Assembly (NCBI GenBank): GCA_964607415.1
Contig: CAZSKK010000001.1
Coordinates: 4,190 to 68,189, forward strand
Reading direction: 5' to 3'
Length of the DNA: 64,000 nucleotides
Source of the DNA: an uncultured Candidatus Saccharibacteria bacterium
Lineage (GTDB): Bacteria > Patescibacteriota > Dojkabacteria > J137
The notes below the pieces were generated by a model. The model saw nothing but the letters and a program-made list of their open reading frames with translations, did not search any database and was not told the DNA's origin. Numbering within the stretch: position 1 is the first letter of the stretch; every line of letters starts with the position of its first letter. The position numbers and the translations under genes were made by a program. Of the stretch, positions 28,926 through 39,386 are shown in pieces.

Positions 28926-30167
28926 TTGGATATGGCCGACCAGCAAAATAATGAAGCATTTGTTCTTCCTTACGCACACAAGGATCATATTGCTTACATG
29001 CAAGGCCAACTTGATGAACAGATTCAAATAACAGCATATCACGGTTTTGCCATTCTAGATGGCACGTTGGTTCCATATTCACTTCAAAAAAATTCCCAGC
29101 AGGTAAATTTGGGTGAAGTTGTATTTGATTTAAAAGATTCCTCTTTATCACACTTAATGTCAGTTATTGACGCATTTAATAGGTTAGCTTTTTTTCAAAA
29201 AGTTCTTGAACTAAGTAAAACTGAAATTGCAAAACAAAGTGGTTCAGAAGATATGCGCCCTATCCATGGTAAGCTTTTAAATGATTTTTTAAGCTTATAT
29301 AATTTTGATCTAGAGACTCTTGGTGTTGGAAACGAAGCTCAGGAAAATCCAGGAAAATTCTTTCATCAAATGGTTATTGGTAGTGGTCTTTTTTACATGG
29401 AAGATTTTTTATTTTGCATCAAAACAGTTGTACATGATCAAATTATTAATCTTCCTAAAGAAAAAGTACAACAATTGAGAAAACTAATTCATGATGCCAG
29501 CGCAGTGATTAGTACTTATAGAATAGGGGTATCAATATTTAACGAATATCATAAGGCTCATCTTGCCCATGAAAAGTTTTTACATGCGTTTGAAGGCTTG
29601 AATTTTATAGTCAGGTATATAGCTTTAGAAAGTGATTTGAAAATTGAAATAGAACCTGATGCAACTGTCGGTTTTCTTATAAAAAATGCCACTAAATTTT
29701 ATTTGGATTCGGAAATACAATTAGAAATACATCCTGAATTAGAGCACCTTGTACTTGGTGAGAAAACTGCTTTCGATTTTTTTCATATTATTTTTAATCT
29801 AGTAAATAATGCGTGGAAATATTCACTTCACCCAGATATAAAAAGAGAATTCAATGTTGAATCTAGACCTATAGAAGTGAGGGTAGCATTAGAAGAAGAA
29901 ATTTTGAATATTGAAGTTACTGACTATGGATTGAATATAAATCAAGATGATTTCAGCAAAGTACTCGAAGGGGTTCAAGTACATAAAAGCAAACAAGGGT
30001 TTGAAAATATTCCGAGTACAGGAGAAGGTCTACGTGGTGTTGTTGACGTAATAAGTAAAATGGAAGGATCTATTATTATTGAAAAATTGGAAGAAGGTAA
30101 TGGTAAAAAATTTGTTGTCAAGCTTCCAATAAATGATCTTTTAAAAATCATTTCAGTTGAGGCGTAG
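28926..30167 (+). CDS. Soluble histidine-kinase-like (GHKL) ATPase domain protein.
   Basis: C-terminal N-box-like FNLVNNAWKYS and G-box-like GEGLRGVVDVI...GNGKKFVVKLP. Confidence 0.5.
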   Translation: MDMADQQNNEAFVLPYAHKDHIAYMQGQLDEQIQITAYHGFAILDGTLVPYSLQKNSQQVNLGEVVFDLKDSSLSHLMSVIDAFNRLAFFQKVLELSKTEIAKQSGSEDMRPIHGKLLNDFLSLYNFDLETLGVGNEAQENPGKFFHQMVIGSGLFYMEDFLFCIKTVVHDQIINLPKEKVQQLRKLIHDASAVISTYRIGVSIFNEYHKAHLAHEKFLHAFEGLNFIVRYIALESDLKIEIEPDATVGFLIKNATKFYLDSEIQLEIHPELEHLVLGEKTAFDFFHIIFNLVNNAWKYSLHPDIKREFNVESRPIEVRVALEEEILNIEVTDYGLNINQDDFSKVLEGVQVHKSKQGFENIPSTGEGLRGVVDVISKMEGSIIIEKLEEGNGKKFVVKLPINDLLKIISVEA

Positions 30168-30203
30168 TTGTTATTACCTTTTTTATAATCTAAAATCTTA
30201 AGT

Positions 30204-30914
30204 ATGTATTTTAAAACTGATTCTAAAATAATTGATTACAATAATGAACCGGATGTAACTGAAAGCTATAATCAAGGTTTTGTATTCACTCGTCTAGGTA
30301 AAGGGGAAATGATTCAAACCCGTTCTTTAAGAATTGATTTATCCGATTTTAAATTAACTTCAGAAAATAGGAGAATACTTAAAAAAGTTGAAGGTTTAAA
30401 GTTAAATGTTAAAAGTTTGCCTTTAAAAAATTATTCCTGGGAAATTCATAAGCTAGGCAAAGAATTTTATTCTACAAAATTTGGCGATAACACAATGAGT
30501 GCAGCGAAAATTAAAGAAATGTTTACGAGTAATGAAAGCTCCAATATGAATTTGACTATCAGTTATCAGCTATCAGCTATTGGTATAAAAACTCAAGCTG
30601 AAAGTCGAAAGCAGATAGCTGACGGCTATTGCTTATGCTATGCAAACTCTACTCTACTTCATTATGCTTACCCCTTTTACGATTTAGAAGTTGCAAAAAA
30701 ATTGCCCAATCTTGGATTAGGAATGATGATTAATGCAATTATTTGGGCAAGAGAAAATGGTAAAAAGTATTTTTATCTGGGATCAGTAGTTGATTCCTCC
30801 TCAAGGTATAAACTTCAATTCGAAAGCTTAGAATGGTGGAATACTCATACTGGTAAGTGGAGTACTGATATTTCTGAATTAAAAGTGCTTTTGGATACAG
30901 CTGGATCCATGTGA
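30204..30914 (+). CDS. Aminoacyl-tRNA--protein transferase (Bpt/ATE1 family, N-end rule).
   Basis: C-terminal ATE_C-like pattern DGYCLCYANSTLLHYAYPFYDLE...LGLGMMINAIIWAREN...YFYLGSVVD...YKLQFESLEWW. Confidence 0.6.
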   Translation: MYFKTDSKIIDYNNEPDVTESYNQGFVFTRLGKGEMIQTRSLRIDLSDFKLTSENRRILKKVEGLKLNVKSLPLKNYSWEIHKLGKEFYSTKFGDNTMSAAKIKEMFTSNESSNMNLTISYQLSAIGIKTQAESRKQIADGYCLCYANSTLLHYAYPFYDLEVAKKLPNLGLGMMINAIIWARENGKKYFYLGSVVDSSSRYKLQFESLEWWNTHTGKWSTDISELKVLLDTAGSM

Positions 30915-31044
30915 GAATTTCGAATATTAATCACTTAGCATTACTTTGTCTATAGGTGGTTTTTGAGGGGGTTATATGTTTCCTTGACTATTTATGATAT
31001 AATTCTATTCAGTTGTCTTTATAGCCTTTAACCTTTTTAAAAAA

Positions 31045-31398
31045 TTGGTTTATTGGTTAAAAAGTTCTATTTTATTTTTTTATGTTCAGTTAATGAAAAA
31101 ATTGTTCGTTGGTGGTCTATCTTGGGGTACCACAGAAGAATCCCTAAGAGAATTTTTAACAGAGAAAGGTTATAAGCTAGAAGATAGCGAATATGCTGTA
31201 AAAATTGTTAAAGATAGAGAGTCTGGAAGATCAAAAGGTTTCGGTTTCGTAACTTTTGATTCAGAGGAAGAAGCTGAGAGAGCTCAAAAAGAGCTTGATG
31301 GTGTTGAATTTGATGGTAGAACATTAAAGTTCGACATGGCTAGAGAATCTGCTCCTGGACAAAATGGTCCAAGAAGAGATTTCAGACCAAGAAACTAA
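31045..31398 (+). CDS. RRM-type RNA-binding protein. The likely start is MKKLFVGG at about 31096.
   Basis: RNP-2 LFVGGL and RNP-1 KGFGFVTF, plus a C-terminal R/G-rich tail. Confidence 0.8.
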   Translation: MVYWLKSSILFFYVQLMKKLFVGGLSWGTTEESLREFLTEKGYKLEDSEYAVKIVKDRESGRSKGFGFVTFDSEEEAERAQKELDGVEFDGRTLKFDMARESAPGQNGPRRDFRPRN

Positions 31399-31502
31399 AT
31401 TTCCTAGAAATTTAGAACGGTAGATTATTTAGGCTTTATGCTTAACGTCTACCGTTTTTTATATGAATTTTTTGATTAGGTAAAAATTTGTAAATTAAAA
31501 AC

Positions 31503-32000
31503 TTGAATAAACATTCAGCTACTGAAACAAATCAACCTGATTTTATTGATACTACTCTTCCTTCTTTTAATGTGCCTGTTCATCCCAATCATGCAATTTT
31601 TTACTGGGCAAGAAAACTCTCAAAAGCAGATTACAACAAAACGGTTGAGAATGATGTATTAGTAGATTTAATATTGGATTTAGATTACATATTTGACGAA
31701 TGTATATGGCAGGAGGGCAAAATTTTCTCTAAATTGCTTTCAACTGTTCAGATGCAAGAAATGTTTATATTAATTGATACTTTCGCAAAAGAAATGCAAA
31801 TACGCCCCGATATATTGTCCAAATCGTTATGCTTATACGGTAATTATTTAAGACAATGGTCGAATCTTGAAGAATCTAAAAATTGGTGGAAATATGTTTA
31901 TGCTGGAGCTTTGTTTATTCCCAATGATTTTAAATTTGAGTTTACTCCTCAGAAGAAGCGGTTTTCTCGAATTGCCCATTTATTTTCTCATGAATCCTAG
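31503..32000 (+). CDS. Hypothetical protein (165 aa).
   Basis: ORF. Its 3' end overlaps the convergent 31942-32205 ORF by about 59 nt. Confidence 0.3.
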   Translation: MNKHSATETNQPDFIDTTLPSFNVPVHPNHAIFYWARKLSKADYNKTVENDVLVDLILDLDYIFDECIWQEGKIFSKLLSTVQMQEMFILIDTFAKEMQIRPDILSKSLCLYGNYLRQWSNLEESKNWWKYVYAGALFIPNDFKFEFTPQKKRFSRIAHLFSHES

Positions 32001-32205
32001 TTTCAATATCCAAAAGTAATTCCTGGAAGTATTCTCCCTCAATCCCATGCAAACTTGCGCCATCTTCAAGTGTATCAAATTCTGCAAACATGCAGTTTGC
32101 GCAGTGAAATCCGTACTCTAAAGTTAAAATTTCCTCTAAAAACGGATAATCTTCTAAGAGTTTTGTGATACTAATTTGAGGATCAATTTTAATGTTTTGG
32201 GACAT
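31942..32205 (-). CDS. DUF1858-like redox/disulfide small protein.
   Basis: DYPFLEEIL...GFHCANC motif. Confidence 0.45.
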   Translation of the reverse strand: MSQNIKIDPQISITKLLEDYPFLEEILTLEYGFHCANCMFAEFDTLEDGASLHGIEGEYFQELLLDIETRIHEKINGQFEKTASSEE

Positions 32206-32282
32206 GCAAAAACTTTAAAAATCAAGTATTATTATAGATGAATGTGTGCTGTTTATTATATCATAGCCATTGAATTCTACTT

Positions 32283-34109
32283 ATGAAGCGTGTTTTTAAG
32301 GTAGTTTTAGCAACAATACTCCTCATATTTGTTTTTTGTGGTTTTTACTTCCTGTTTCAGTACTTTTCTTTTGATCCTAAAGATATTAAGTTTCATACAA
32401 CTTCCACAAAAGTATTGGATAAAGAAGGTCAGCTTTTATATGAAATTTCTAAAGATAATGCTGTTAAAAATACCCCTATTGAATATTCCGCTTTACCACA
32501 ACATTGTGTAGATGCCTTAGTAGCAACAGAAGATAAAACATTTTGGAATAATATAGGAGTTGATTTAAATGGAACAATAAGATTGGGTATTAGCATTGCA
32601 ACTCTTAATTCTTATTCCAGTGGTGGAAGCACTATCTCCCAGCAAGTTATTAAACTTTCTGATTTATCAATTTATAATCGAACTCCAATTGATAAATTAA
32701 ATGAAATACCAAAAGCTTTAAAATTAAATCAATACTACTCAAAAGAAGATATTATCTTAATGTATTTTAACAATGCATATTTTGGTAATTTAAACTATGG
32801 GATAGAATCTGCAAGCCAGGATTATTTTGATAAGCAAACTAAAGATTTAAGTATTGCTGAGTGCACTTATCTTGTTGGGTTGCCTCAGGCACCAAGTATT
32901 TATAATCCATATGGCGATTTGAATGCAGGAAGATCCAGGCAGAAGCTTGTTTTGGAGTCAATGTTTAGAGATGGATACATTTCAGAAGCGCAGATTAATG
33001 GAATATTTAATACAAGCCTTGAATTTAAATTGAATAATTTTGAGGTCAGGGCACCACACTTTATTCAATTTTTGCAGGATAATCTTGAAATTAAAACGGA
33101 TAATACTGCGAAATTTATAGACATGGATGATAGTTTAGAAGCAATAGATTGGAGCCAATCCTATAGTGTAGATACTTATTATGATTACTCTTTGCATTCA
33201 GCCTTGATCAATAAATTAAACGAATTTGTAATCCAATATCAAGATAAAAATTTAAATAATGCCTCGGCATTTGTGATTGGAAAAAATAATGAAGTGGTGA
33301 CAATGATAGGGAGTATAAACTTCTTTGATGATTCAATTGATGGCAAATTTAATTCAAGTACTGGATTTAGACAACCAGGTAATTTGTACATACCGATTGT
33401 ATATTCATTTGGATTAGAAAAGGGATACTTGCTTTCGGACACGATCAATAATGCACCATTCACTATGAATGTCAAAAGTGGTCAGAATAGCCAGTTTGAA
33501 AAAGTAGAAGTAAATAATTCTAAAAAAACTTCACCTATGAGCTTTTCAACTATTGAATCAGCAATTAAAAATAATTTAAATATTCCTGCAACAATGATTA
33601 TACAGGGCAAAACACCCGAGGAATTCAAAGATTATCTTAAAACACTACCGATTTCTATGGGTTCAAAAAATCAGCTGGAAAGTTTTCGGAATTATTGCAA
33701 TGAAATTTTGACCCAAGAAGGTTGTGAAGTTTCGCTAATGGATTTAGTGATTTTATACAACGGATTGAAAAATAATGGTAATTTTAAATCTTTGAAATTT
33801 ATTAAAGAGGTGAAAACCCTGAATGGAAATGTAGTTTGGCAGCAGGATCTTAACCTTGATCCAGTTGATAGATTAAATGAGGAAAGTTTTACGTTAGTGA
33901 ATAGCCTACTTGAAAGAAACAGTAATAGTTGGTTTTGGTTAGAAGGAAGAGTTAGAAATAATAAAGATTATATGTTAATAGGTTTTAATGAAAATTATAC
34001 TATAGGAATTTGGCTTGGAAATACAAAAGGGAACGAATTATTAAGTTACGATACAATAAAATTACCGGTTGAAAATATTGAAGAGTTGTTTCTAAATATG
34101 ATAAATTGA
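32283..34109 (+). CDS. Peptidoglycan glycosyltransferase (GT51, PBP1-like) with an N-terminal membrane anchor.
   Basis: GT51 motifs ATEDKTFWNNIGVD and GGSTISQQVIK. Confidence 0.75.
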   Translation: MKRVFKVVLATILLIFVFCGFYFLFQYFSFDPKDIKFHTTSTKVLDKEGQLLYEISKDNAVKNTPIEYSALPQHCVDALVATEDKTFWNNIGVDLNGTIRLGISIATLNSYSSGGSTISQQVIKLSDLSIYNRTPIDKLNEIPKALKLNQYYSKEDIILMYFNNAYFGNLNYGIESASQDYFDKQTKDLSIAECTYLVGLPQAPSIYNPYGDLNAGRSRQKLVLESMFRDGYISEAQINGIFNTSLEFKLNNFEVRAPHFIQFLQDNLEIKTDNTAKFIDMDDSLEAIDWSQSYSVDTYYDYSLHSALINKLNEFVIQYQDKNLNNASAFVIGKNNEVVTMIGSINFFDDSIDGKFNSSTGFRQPGNLYIPIVYSFGLEKGYLLSDTINNAPFTMNVKSGQNSQFEKVEVNNSKKTSPMSFSTIESAIKNNLNIPATMIIQGKTPEEFKDYLKTLPISMGSKNQLESFRNYCNEILTQEGCEVSLMDLVILYNGLKNNGNFKSLKFIKEVKTLNGNVVWQQDLNLDPVDRLNEESFTLVNSLLERNSNSWFWLEGRVRNNKDYMLIGFNENYTIGIWLGNTKGNELLSYDTIKLPVENIEELFLNMIN

Positions 34110-34233
34110 AGGTGGAAAGTTTTTTTAGTAATGATTCTTGTTTTAGACAACAATTTCAGGTATTTCTCCTTTTCTTTCACCCAAAGCTTAAACATCAAAC
34201 GTACTAATTATTCTAGATATTATTTCGTCGCAT

Positions 34234-34650
34234 ATGTCAGATCAAACCGTTATCACCAGGCCCGATGTTCTACATTTAAATCTAGACTGTCAGTCAGACA
34301 ATATATTTGATAGCTTTGGTTCAGAAGCGATTGTCGTTGAAAATAGAATATGTGTTACAAAAGTTATAGATATGGAAAGAATATTTTTTAATTCTACAAT
34401 AAGCGAAGTTATGGCAAAACTGGGAAAAGCTGTTTCGGAATTACATACTATCTTTAAATTGCCTGTTGTCGTTACTTTAGATTTCGAGAATAATAAAAAG
34501 TTAACAATGTTACCTTCAATTATAAAAGAAATCAGAAGGCTAGATCATCATTGCACATCAAGTGGCATTGGAAGCATACAGTTAAAAATGCCACAACATT
34601 ACTTTTTTCCACCATACGAAAGCTTGCCTGGCTTAGGTAAAGAAGCGTAG
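34234..34650 (+). CDS. Hypothetical protein (138 aa).
   Basis: ORF only. Confidence 0.3.
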   Translation: MSDQTVITRPDVLHLNLDCQSDNIFDSFGSEAIVVENRICVTKVIDMERIFFNSTISEVMAKLGKAVSELHTIFKLPVVVTLDFENNKKLTMLPSIIKEIRRLDHHCTSSGIGSIQLKMPQHYFFPPYESLPGLGKEA

Positions 34651-35014
34651 CCCAAATAAGGTTTTGTCAAAAACTAGAAAAATATTATAGGAATGTTGTC
34701 GCTTGAAAATGGCAAACATAGGGGGTTATTTGCATTTTATATATCGTTTATTTACATAAAATTCCCTATTGTATTTACATATAACTTGATCGTATTGTGA
34801 ACTTATGCTAAAAATATTGAGCATGAAACATGACATTGTCATATTCAGAGTGATAAGAAGTTCAAAATCCTAAAAACCCAACACATGAAGAACATAGTGC
34901 CCTCAAGGCTTTTAAACAAAAAAGCTGTAAATTCCCTGATTCTGTATATAACTACGTCTTACCAAATCCCTTCAAATTTTGAAGGTAATATTTTTTATTT
35001 TTTAATTTTCAAGT

Positions 35015-35533
35015 ATGAGTTACGAAAATAGTGTAGATGAAGTAACACCGTTCATGAAAGAACTGATAGGTACGGGTGAATTCACATTAATAGATTTACC
35101 ACAAGATCCTAACATAAATGCTGCATATGGTACTAAAGGCTTGGAATACAATGGTGTAACATTGATATTTGCTGAAGGGGAAGCCGGAGGTGTTACAGGA
35201 GTTACGAAAAGGAAAGACTTGCAACTTCCAGCTATGCAAAAATTCCATGAGCTAGGAATACCTTTTGTAAACGTTGTTAGATATAGAGGAGCAGCTGGAA
35301 TAGGAGAGGGAACCAGTATGCATGATTTAGGACAGATGTTGACACTTCCGGTTACTACGCTTGCTGACGTTGGACCAAGTTTGGATGCAATAGGAAGAAT
35401 TTTAAAGATGGTTGCGAGAGTTCCACAGTGGAAGCTTTTGAAGTTTGATCCTGAAAAGGATTCGAACGATCCAAAGACAGGATTTACTTCAATGCTAAGA
35501 CATGCTCTTGAGCAGTATAAAAAAGAAGCTTAA
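35015..35533 (+). CDS. Hypothetical protein, paralogue 1 of an adjacent pair.
   Basis: Collinear similarity with the 35567-36091 ORF (FTLIDLPQDPNINAAYGTKG / YEIVALPPNPIVKACFGRFG; RYRGAAGIGEG / VGNYSGGLTS). Confidence 0.4.
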   Translation: MSYENSVDEVTPFMKELIGTGEFTLIDLPQDPNINAAYGTKGLEYNGVTLIFAEGEAGGVTGVTKRKDLQLPAMQKFHELGIPFVNVVRYRGAAGIGEGTSMHDLGQMLTLPVTTLADVGPSLDAIGRILKMVARVPQWKLLKFDPEKDSNDPKTGFTSMLRHALEQYKKEA

Positions 35534-35566
35534 AATTGATTTAGAAACCTAGTATAATAAGTATTT

Positions 35567-36091
35567 ATGCCTACCCTAACAAATATAACCTCAAGATCTG
35601 TTAAAGACCTTGTAAAAAAAGATCGCAATAAATTTTTAGAAGAGCTTAAAGGTATGGGCTACGAAATTGTAGCCCTACCTCCAAATCCTATTGTTAAAGC
35701 CTGCTTTGGAAGGTTTGGAGCTTTAAAGAACAAAAAGCTTGTCATTTATACAGGATTGACTGCTTTACAGATGGCTGATTCTGAAAATATTAACTTGCGA
35801 TTTGACCAACTTGATATTGCTTTAAGAAAGGTTTCGAGACGTAATAAACAAATTATTATGGTTGGAAACTATAGTGGCGGACTAACTTCTCTACCCTACG
35901 GCGCTATGATGAATGGTTTGAAACAAATGAGAATGAATTTTTTGATTCAAGTTTTTGCAGATCCAGGTGAGCAAAATTTTTATTTAAAGGAGCTCGCTAA
36001 GACTTTGACACAAATGACTCATAAGCTTACAATAGTTGACTTAAAAGAAGGTTTTCCAGAAAAACTCGACAAGTTTGTTTTGGGAAAATAG
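35567..36091 (+). CDS. Hypothetical protein, paralogue 2.
   Basis: See the previous entry. Confidence 0.4.
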   Translation: MPTLTNITSRSVKDLVKKDRNKFLEELKGMGYEIVALPPNPIVKACFGRFGALKNKKLVIYTGLTALQMADSENINLRFDQLDIALRKVSRRNKQIIMVGNYSGGLTSLPYGAMMNGLKQMRMNFLIQVFADPGEQNFYLKELAKTLTQMTHKLTIVDLKEGFPEKLDKFVLGK

Positions 36092-36094
36092 CTT

Positions 36095-37660
36095 TTACGC
36101 TTCTACATAAACTTGACTGAAACTATTCATCTTGCTTTTCTTTTCATCCATGATCTCTTTTATTATTTGCTTAATAACATTTTTGGCATCCTTTGTGTCG
36201 AAATCTGCTCCTTTATCGTATAGTTTTTCGCACAGTTTGCGAAAATTATCTATAGTATCGAAAAACAAAGGATCGGTAAATTCAAGCATTCCGAGTGCTT
36301 CATGACCAATTCTTGAAAGTTCAAGGGTTCTAAGCTTTAGTTGCAAAAGAAAGTCAGCCAGTGTTAACTGTTGTTGCGTGATATAATCAAGCGCGGTATT
36401 TTCTTCCCCAGTGCTAAGATCTTTGATATATGCATAAAAAAGCCTTCTAGTTTCATCGTTCTGCAATTCAAGCAGTTTTAAAAATTCATTTCTAACTTTT
36501 GCTAATGGTTTTAGTTTATATAAGTCTTTTGCGCGTTCTTCTAAAGATTTAAATTGCGCATCAATTTCTAAATTATCTCTTAGCAATAGCCCACCCAAAT
36601 CGTTTGAAAGTCGTATGTACATACCGGATGCTTCTACACTTGGTTGAATACTATCATCATAGTTAAATTGTTCCGCATTCTTCCTAAATTCCATGTTTCC
36701 TACTGCAAAAGTCAAAAAAACAGCTGCGTAAGTGTAATTAGTTAAAATTTCTTTGGTTCTTATTTGCAAAATTATTTGGGAATCATCTTTAGGTGCATGC
36801 CTTAGTTCAATCTGTGATGCATATCTTTCAACCAACGATTGCATTCCTCTTTGTGCAATTTTTCCGATTATGCCACTTTCACTTGAATATCTTTGCATTG
36901 TGTCGTAGGCTTTTTTAGAAGCATAAAGATTTATAAATAGCAAAGCTGGGACAAGCTTAAAATTCAATTCTTTGCCAATTTTATTTTCAATTAATTTTTC
37001 TAAAAGTGCTTGTTTTAAAATGCTGCCTACTTTAAAAACTGCTCTAAGTTTTTTCCCTCCCAATTCCAGTAAAAAATCTTTTACGGCATTACTTAAATAT
37101 TCATTTTTATTTTCAATTCGAGCTAAAAGCACATTTCCGAAGTGTTGCAGAATGTTTTCTGATAGCAATCCTTCTTCGTTTAAATTGTCTGAAATTATTT
37201 CCGTCAGATGTTGAACAACTAGTGAACCAAGGATTGTAAATACATCAGGACTGTTAAAAAACTCTTTGTTTTTGTCCAATGTCATAGAAATAATTACACC
37301 TGCTAATTGTGTTATTCCATCATGTCCTTCTATGTACTCTTGGAGTTTTGAAACAAACTTACCTTTTTTGCCTTGATTTCTTTCTTTTAAGTATTCAAAT
37401 TCTTCAGGAAGTGCTTCGTTGCAAAGTGCTAGAAATTGTTCGGATATAAAGCTTTCTATTAGTCTGGTATATGCGTCTGGGTTTTCGCCAACAGTATTTT
37501 CTGGTATTTGATCAATTGCATTTATGAAGTGTATGTACTCTTTGGATTCTAATATTTCATTGAGAAAGTCTATCTCTATGGGATTAGTAGGCTCTGTGTC
37601 GTCAGGGGATTGGTGTGAAATTGGAGAATACAAGTCATTTTTATTTGCTGTAGATGACAT
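36095..37660 (-). CDS. Hypothetical large alpha-helical protein (521 aa).
   Basis: ORF. No recognised motif. Confidence 0.4.
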   Translation of the reverse strand: MSSTANKNDLYSPISHQSPDDTEPTNPIEIDFLNEILESKEYIHFINAIDQIPENTVGENPDAYTRLIESFISEQFLALCNEALPEEFEYLKERNQGKKGKFVSKLQEYIEGHDGITQLAGVIISMTLDKNKEFFNSPDVFTILGSLVVQHLTEIISDNLNEEGLLSENILQHFGNVLLARIENKNEYLSNAVKDFLLELGGKKLRAVFKVGSILKQALLEKLIENKIGKELNFKLVPALLFINLYASKKAYDTMQRYSSESGIIGKIAQRGMQSLVERYASQIELRHAPKDDSQIILQIRTKEILTNYTYAAVFLTFAVGNMEFRKNAEQFNYDDSIQPSVEASGMYIRLSNDLGGLLLRDNLEIDAQFKSLEERAKDLYKLKPLAKVRNEFLKLLELQNDETRRLFYAYIKDLSTGEENTALDYITQQQLTLADFLLQLKLRTLELSRIGHEALGMLEFTDPLFFDTIDNFRKLCEKLYDKGADFDTKDAKNVIKQIIKEIMDEKKSKMNSFSQVYVEA

Positions 37661-37783
37661 TGAGCGTTCAAATTTACTAGGAATCTTAACAGAGAGAAGT
37701 ATCTATTGTCAAAGAAATTTTATAAAATTCGCAAAAACTTTAAAGTTGTATTGGGGCTGCTTTTTTGAGTAGTAATAATTTTA

Positions 37784-38410
37784 TTGACTACTTTAACTCC
37801 TCCCTTTAAAATTAAATATATCTTAATTTTTATTCCACCCCTTATGCTTAAGGTACAAAAGGCCTTTTCGTTGGTTTTGGTTCCAATGCTTGCCGTAGTT
37901 AGTTTTGCTGCGGTAATTTTCCCTTCTAAAGCTTATGCTCAAGAACTACCGCCACCTGTGACTGCGTACTCAAGTATTTCGGTAAAAGTTGATGGGGTAA
38001 GTAGCACTACGCTTTACGATTTTGTAACTGATCTACAAAACGACCCATTATGGTTTCCAAATGTCGAAGAAACCCAAGTTGTAAATCCAGGTGGTCCAAA
38101 CGGTGTTGGTAAAGTTTACATTCAAAGAAGTTACTTTAATGGAATCCCTTTAGATTCTACTGTTGAAGTTAAATCGGCGTACAGACCATGGTATTACTAC
38201 ATTGAAGGAGCTGGGCCAGTTGCAACTTACAAAGCTTTGTATACATTCTACCCGACATGGCAAGGAGGTGTATTCACACTAACTACGCAGTTTACTGCAC
38301 CAGGCATTGATGAACCAAGTCTAACTTATCTTTTAAATACAGCAATGCAAAACATTTTGACACATTACAATACAACTGGAACTATAACTATGAACTTTCT
38401 TTACATATAA
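37784..38410 (+). CDS. Secreted protein, possibly of SRPBCC/START-like fold.
   Basis: Signal peptide (AVVSFAAVIFPSKAYA). Domain assignment is weak. Confidence 0.35.
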   Translation: MTTLTPPFKIKYILIFIPPLMLKVQKAFSLVLVPMLAVVSFAAVIFPSKAYAQELPPPVTAYSSISVKVDGVSSTTLYDFVTDLQNDPLWFPNVEETQVVNPGGPNGVGKVYIQRSYFNGIPLDSTVEVKSAYRPWYYYIEGAGPVATYKALYTFYPTWQGGVFTLTTQFTAPGIDEPSLTYLLNTAMQNILTHYNTTGTITMNFLYI

Positions 38411-38495
38411 CTTTTACGCAATCCGTCCTAAGCATTGCGCTTAGGACGGATACGTAAATATAAGAGTGAGCGAATCTGTAATTGTTAATTGTCTG

Positions 38496-38747
38496 CTATA
38501 TTTTCTTCACAATTTTAATCAAAACCAGCAATATCATAGCTCCAATTACCCCTACAATAATATCCCCAAGAAGATTTTCTGGGAAGAAGCCAAGGCTTTT
38601 AAAAATATATCCACCTGTAAAACCACCAAGAATTCCAACCAATGTATCACCAAAAATACCAAATCCCCTACCCCTCACCAAAAAACCTGCAATGTATCCA
38701 GAAATAAGTCCAACAAGTAGGAACGTTAAGAGTGTTAATAAACTCAT
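38496..38747 (-). CDS. GlsB/YeaQ/YmgE-family stress-response membrane protein.
   Basis: LLVGLISGYIAGFLVRGRGFGIFGDTLVGILGGFTGGYIF is the hallmark Gly-zipper pattern. Confidence 0.8.
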   Translation of the reverse strand: MSLLTLLTFLLVGLISGYIAGFLVRGRGFGIFGDTLVGILGGFTGGYIFKSLGFFPENLLGDIIVGVIGAMILLVLIKIVKKI

Positions 38748-38827
38748 AAAAAAGACTATAAGATGTAATACAATTATTCTATCATAAATTTTAAGGCAAT
38801 AAATTCATCTATGAGCTGAATTCTCAG

Positions 38828-39283
38828 CTAAACTAATGATGAATCTGTACCGCAGAAAACATGTAGAATTAGGTTTAGTTTTGACAAATTAGATTTGAAG
38901 CTTTCAATTGTCAGTAATGTTTCTTTTAGAAGAGAGAATAGCTTTTGTTCCAAGACAGTTTTGTCCCAAAGTTCATTTGTCCTTAATTCTGAAAGTGCTA
39001 ATTTGAGAAGTCTCTGAAATTCGACAACTTTCACTTCACTTAATCTTCTTGCGCAATTTATCGCTAATTTAACGTCGTTCTCTTCAATGAACATAAATTT
39101 AGAAGCTACTTCTACTGGAAATTCTTTTTCGTAATATTCTTCGAAGAACTCTGAAAACTTATCAGGATAACAGATTTGAAGAATGTTCGACCCGAAATTA
39201 TTTAAATTCATTGGAGGATTTATAACAACAAGTTGTTCAGAATTTTGTAAGGATTCGTCGATGCTCATGATTAATGTTAACAA
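38828..39283 (-). CDS. Hypothetical protein.
   Basis: ORF only. Confidence 0.3.
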   Translation of the reverse strand: MLTLIMSIDESLQNSEQLVVINPPMNLNNFGSNILQICYPDKFSEFFEEYYEKEFPVEVASKFMFIEENDVKLAINCARRLSEVKVVEFQRLLKLALSELRTNELWDKTVLEQKLFSLLKETLLTIESFKSNLSKLNLILHVFCGTDSSLV

Positions 39284-39386
39284 AAAATGACAAATAGTTT
39301 AAGGCATTATAATATGTTAGCGCAAATTGGTGACAAATTAATATTTTGAGTGTATAATAATGCTATATTAATTATATATCTAAAAT

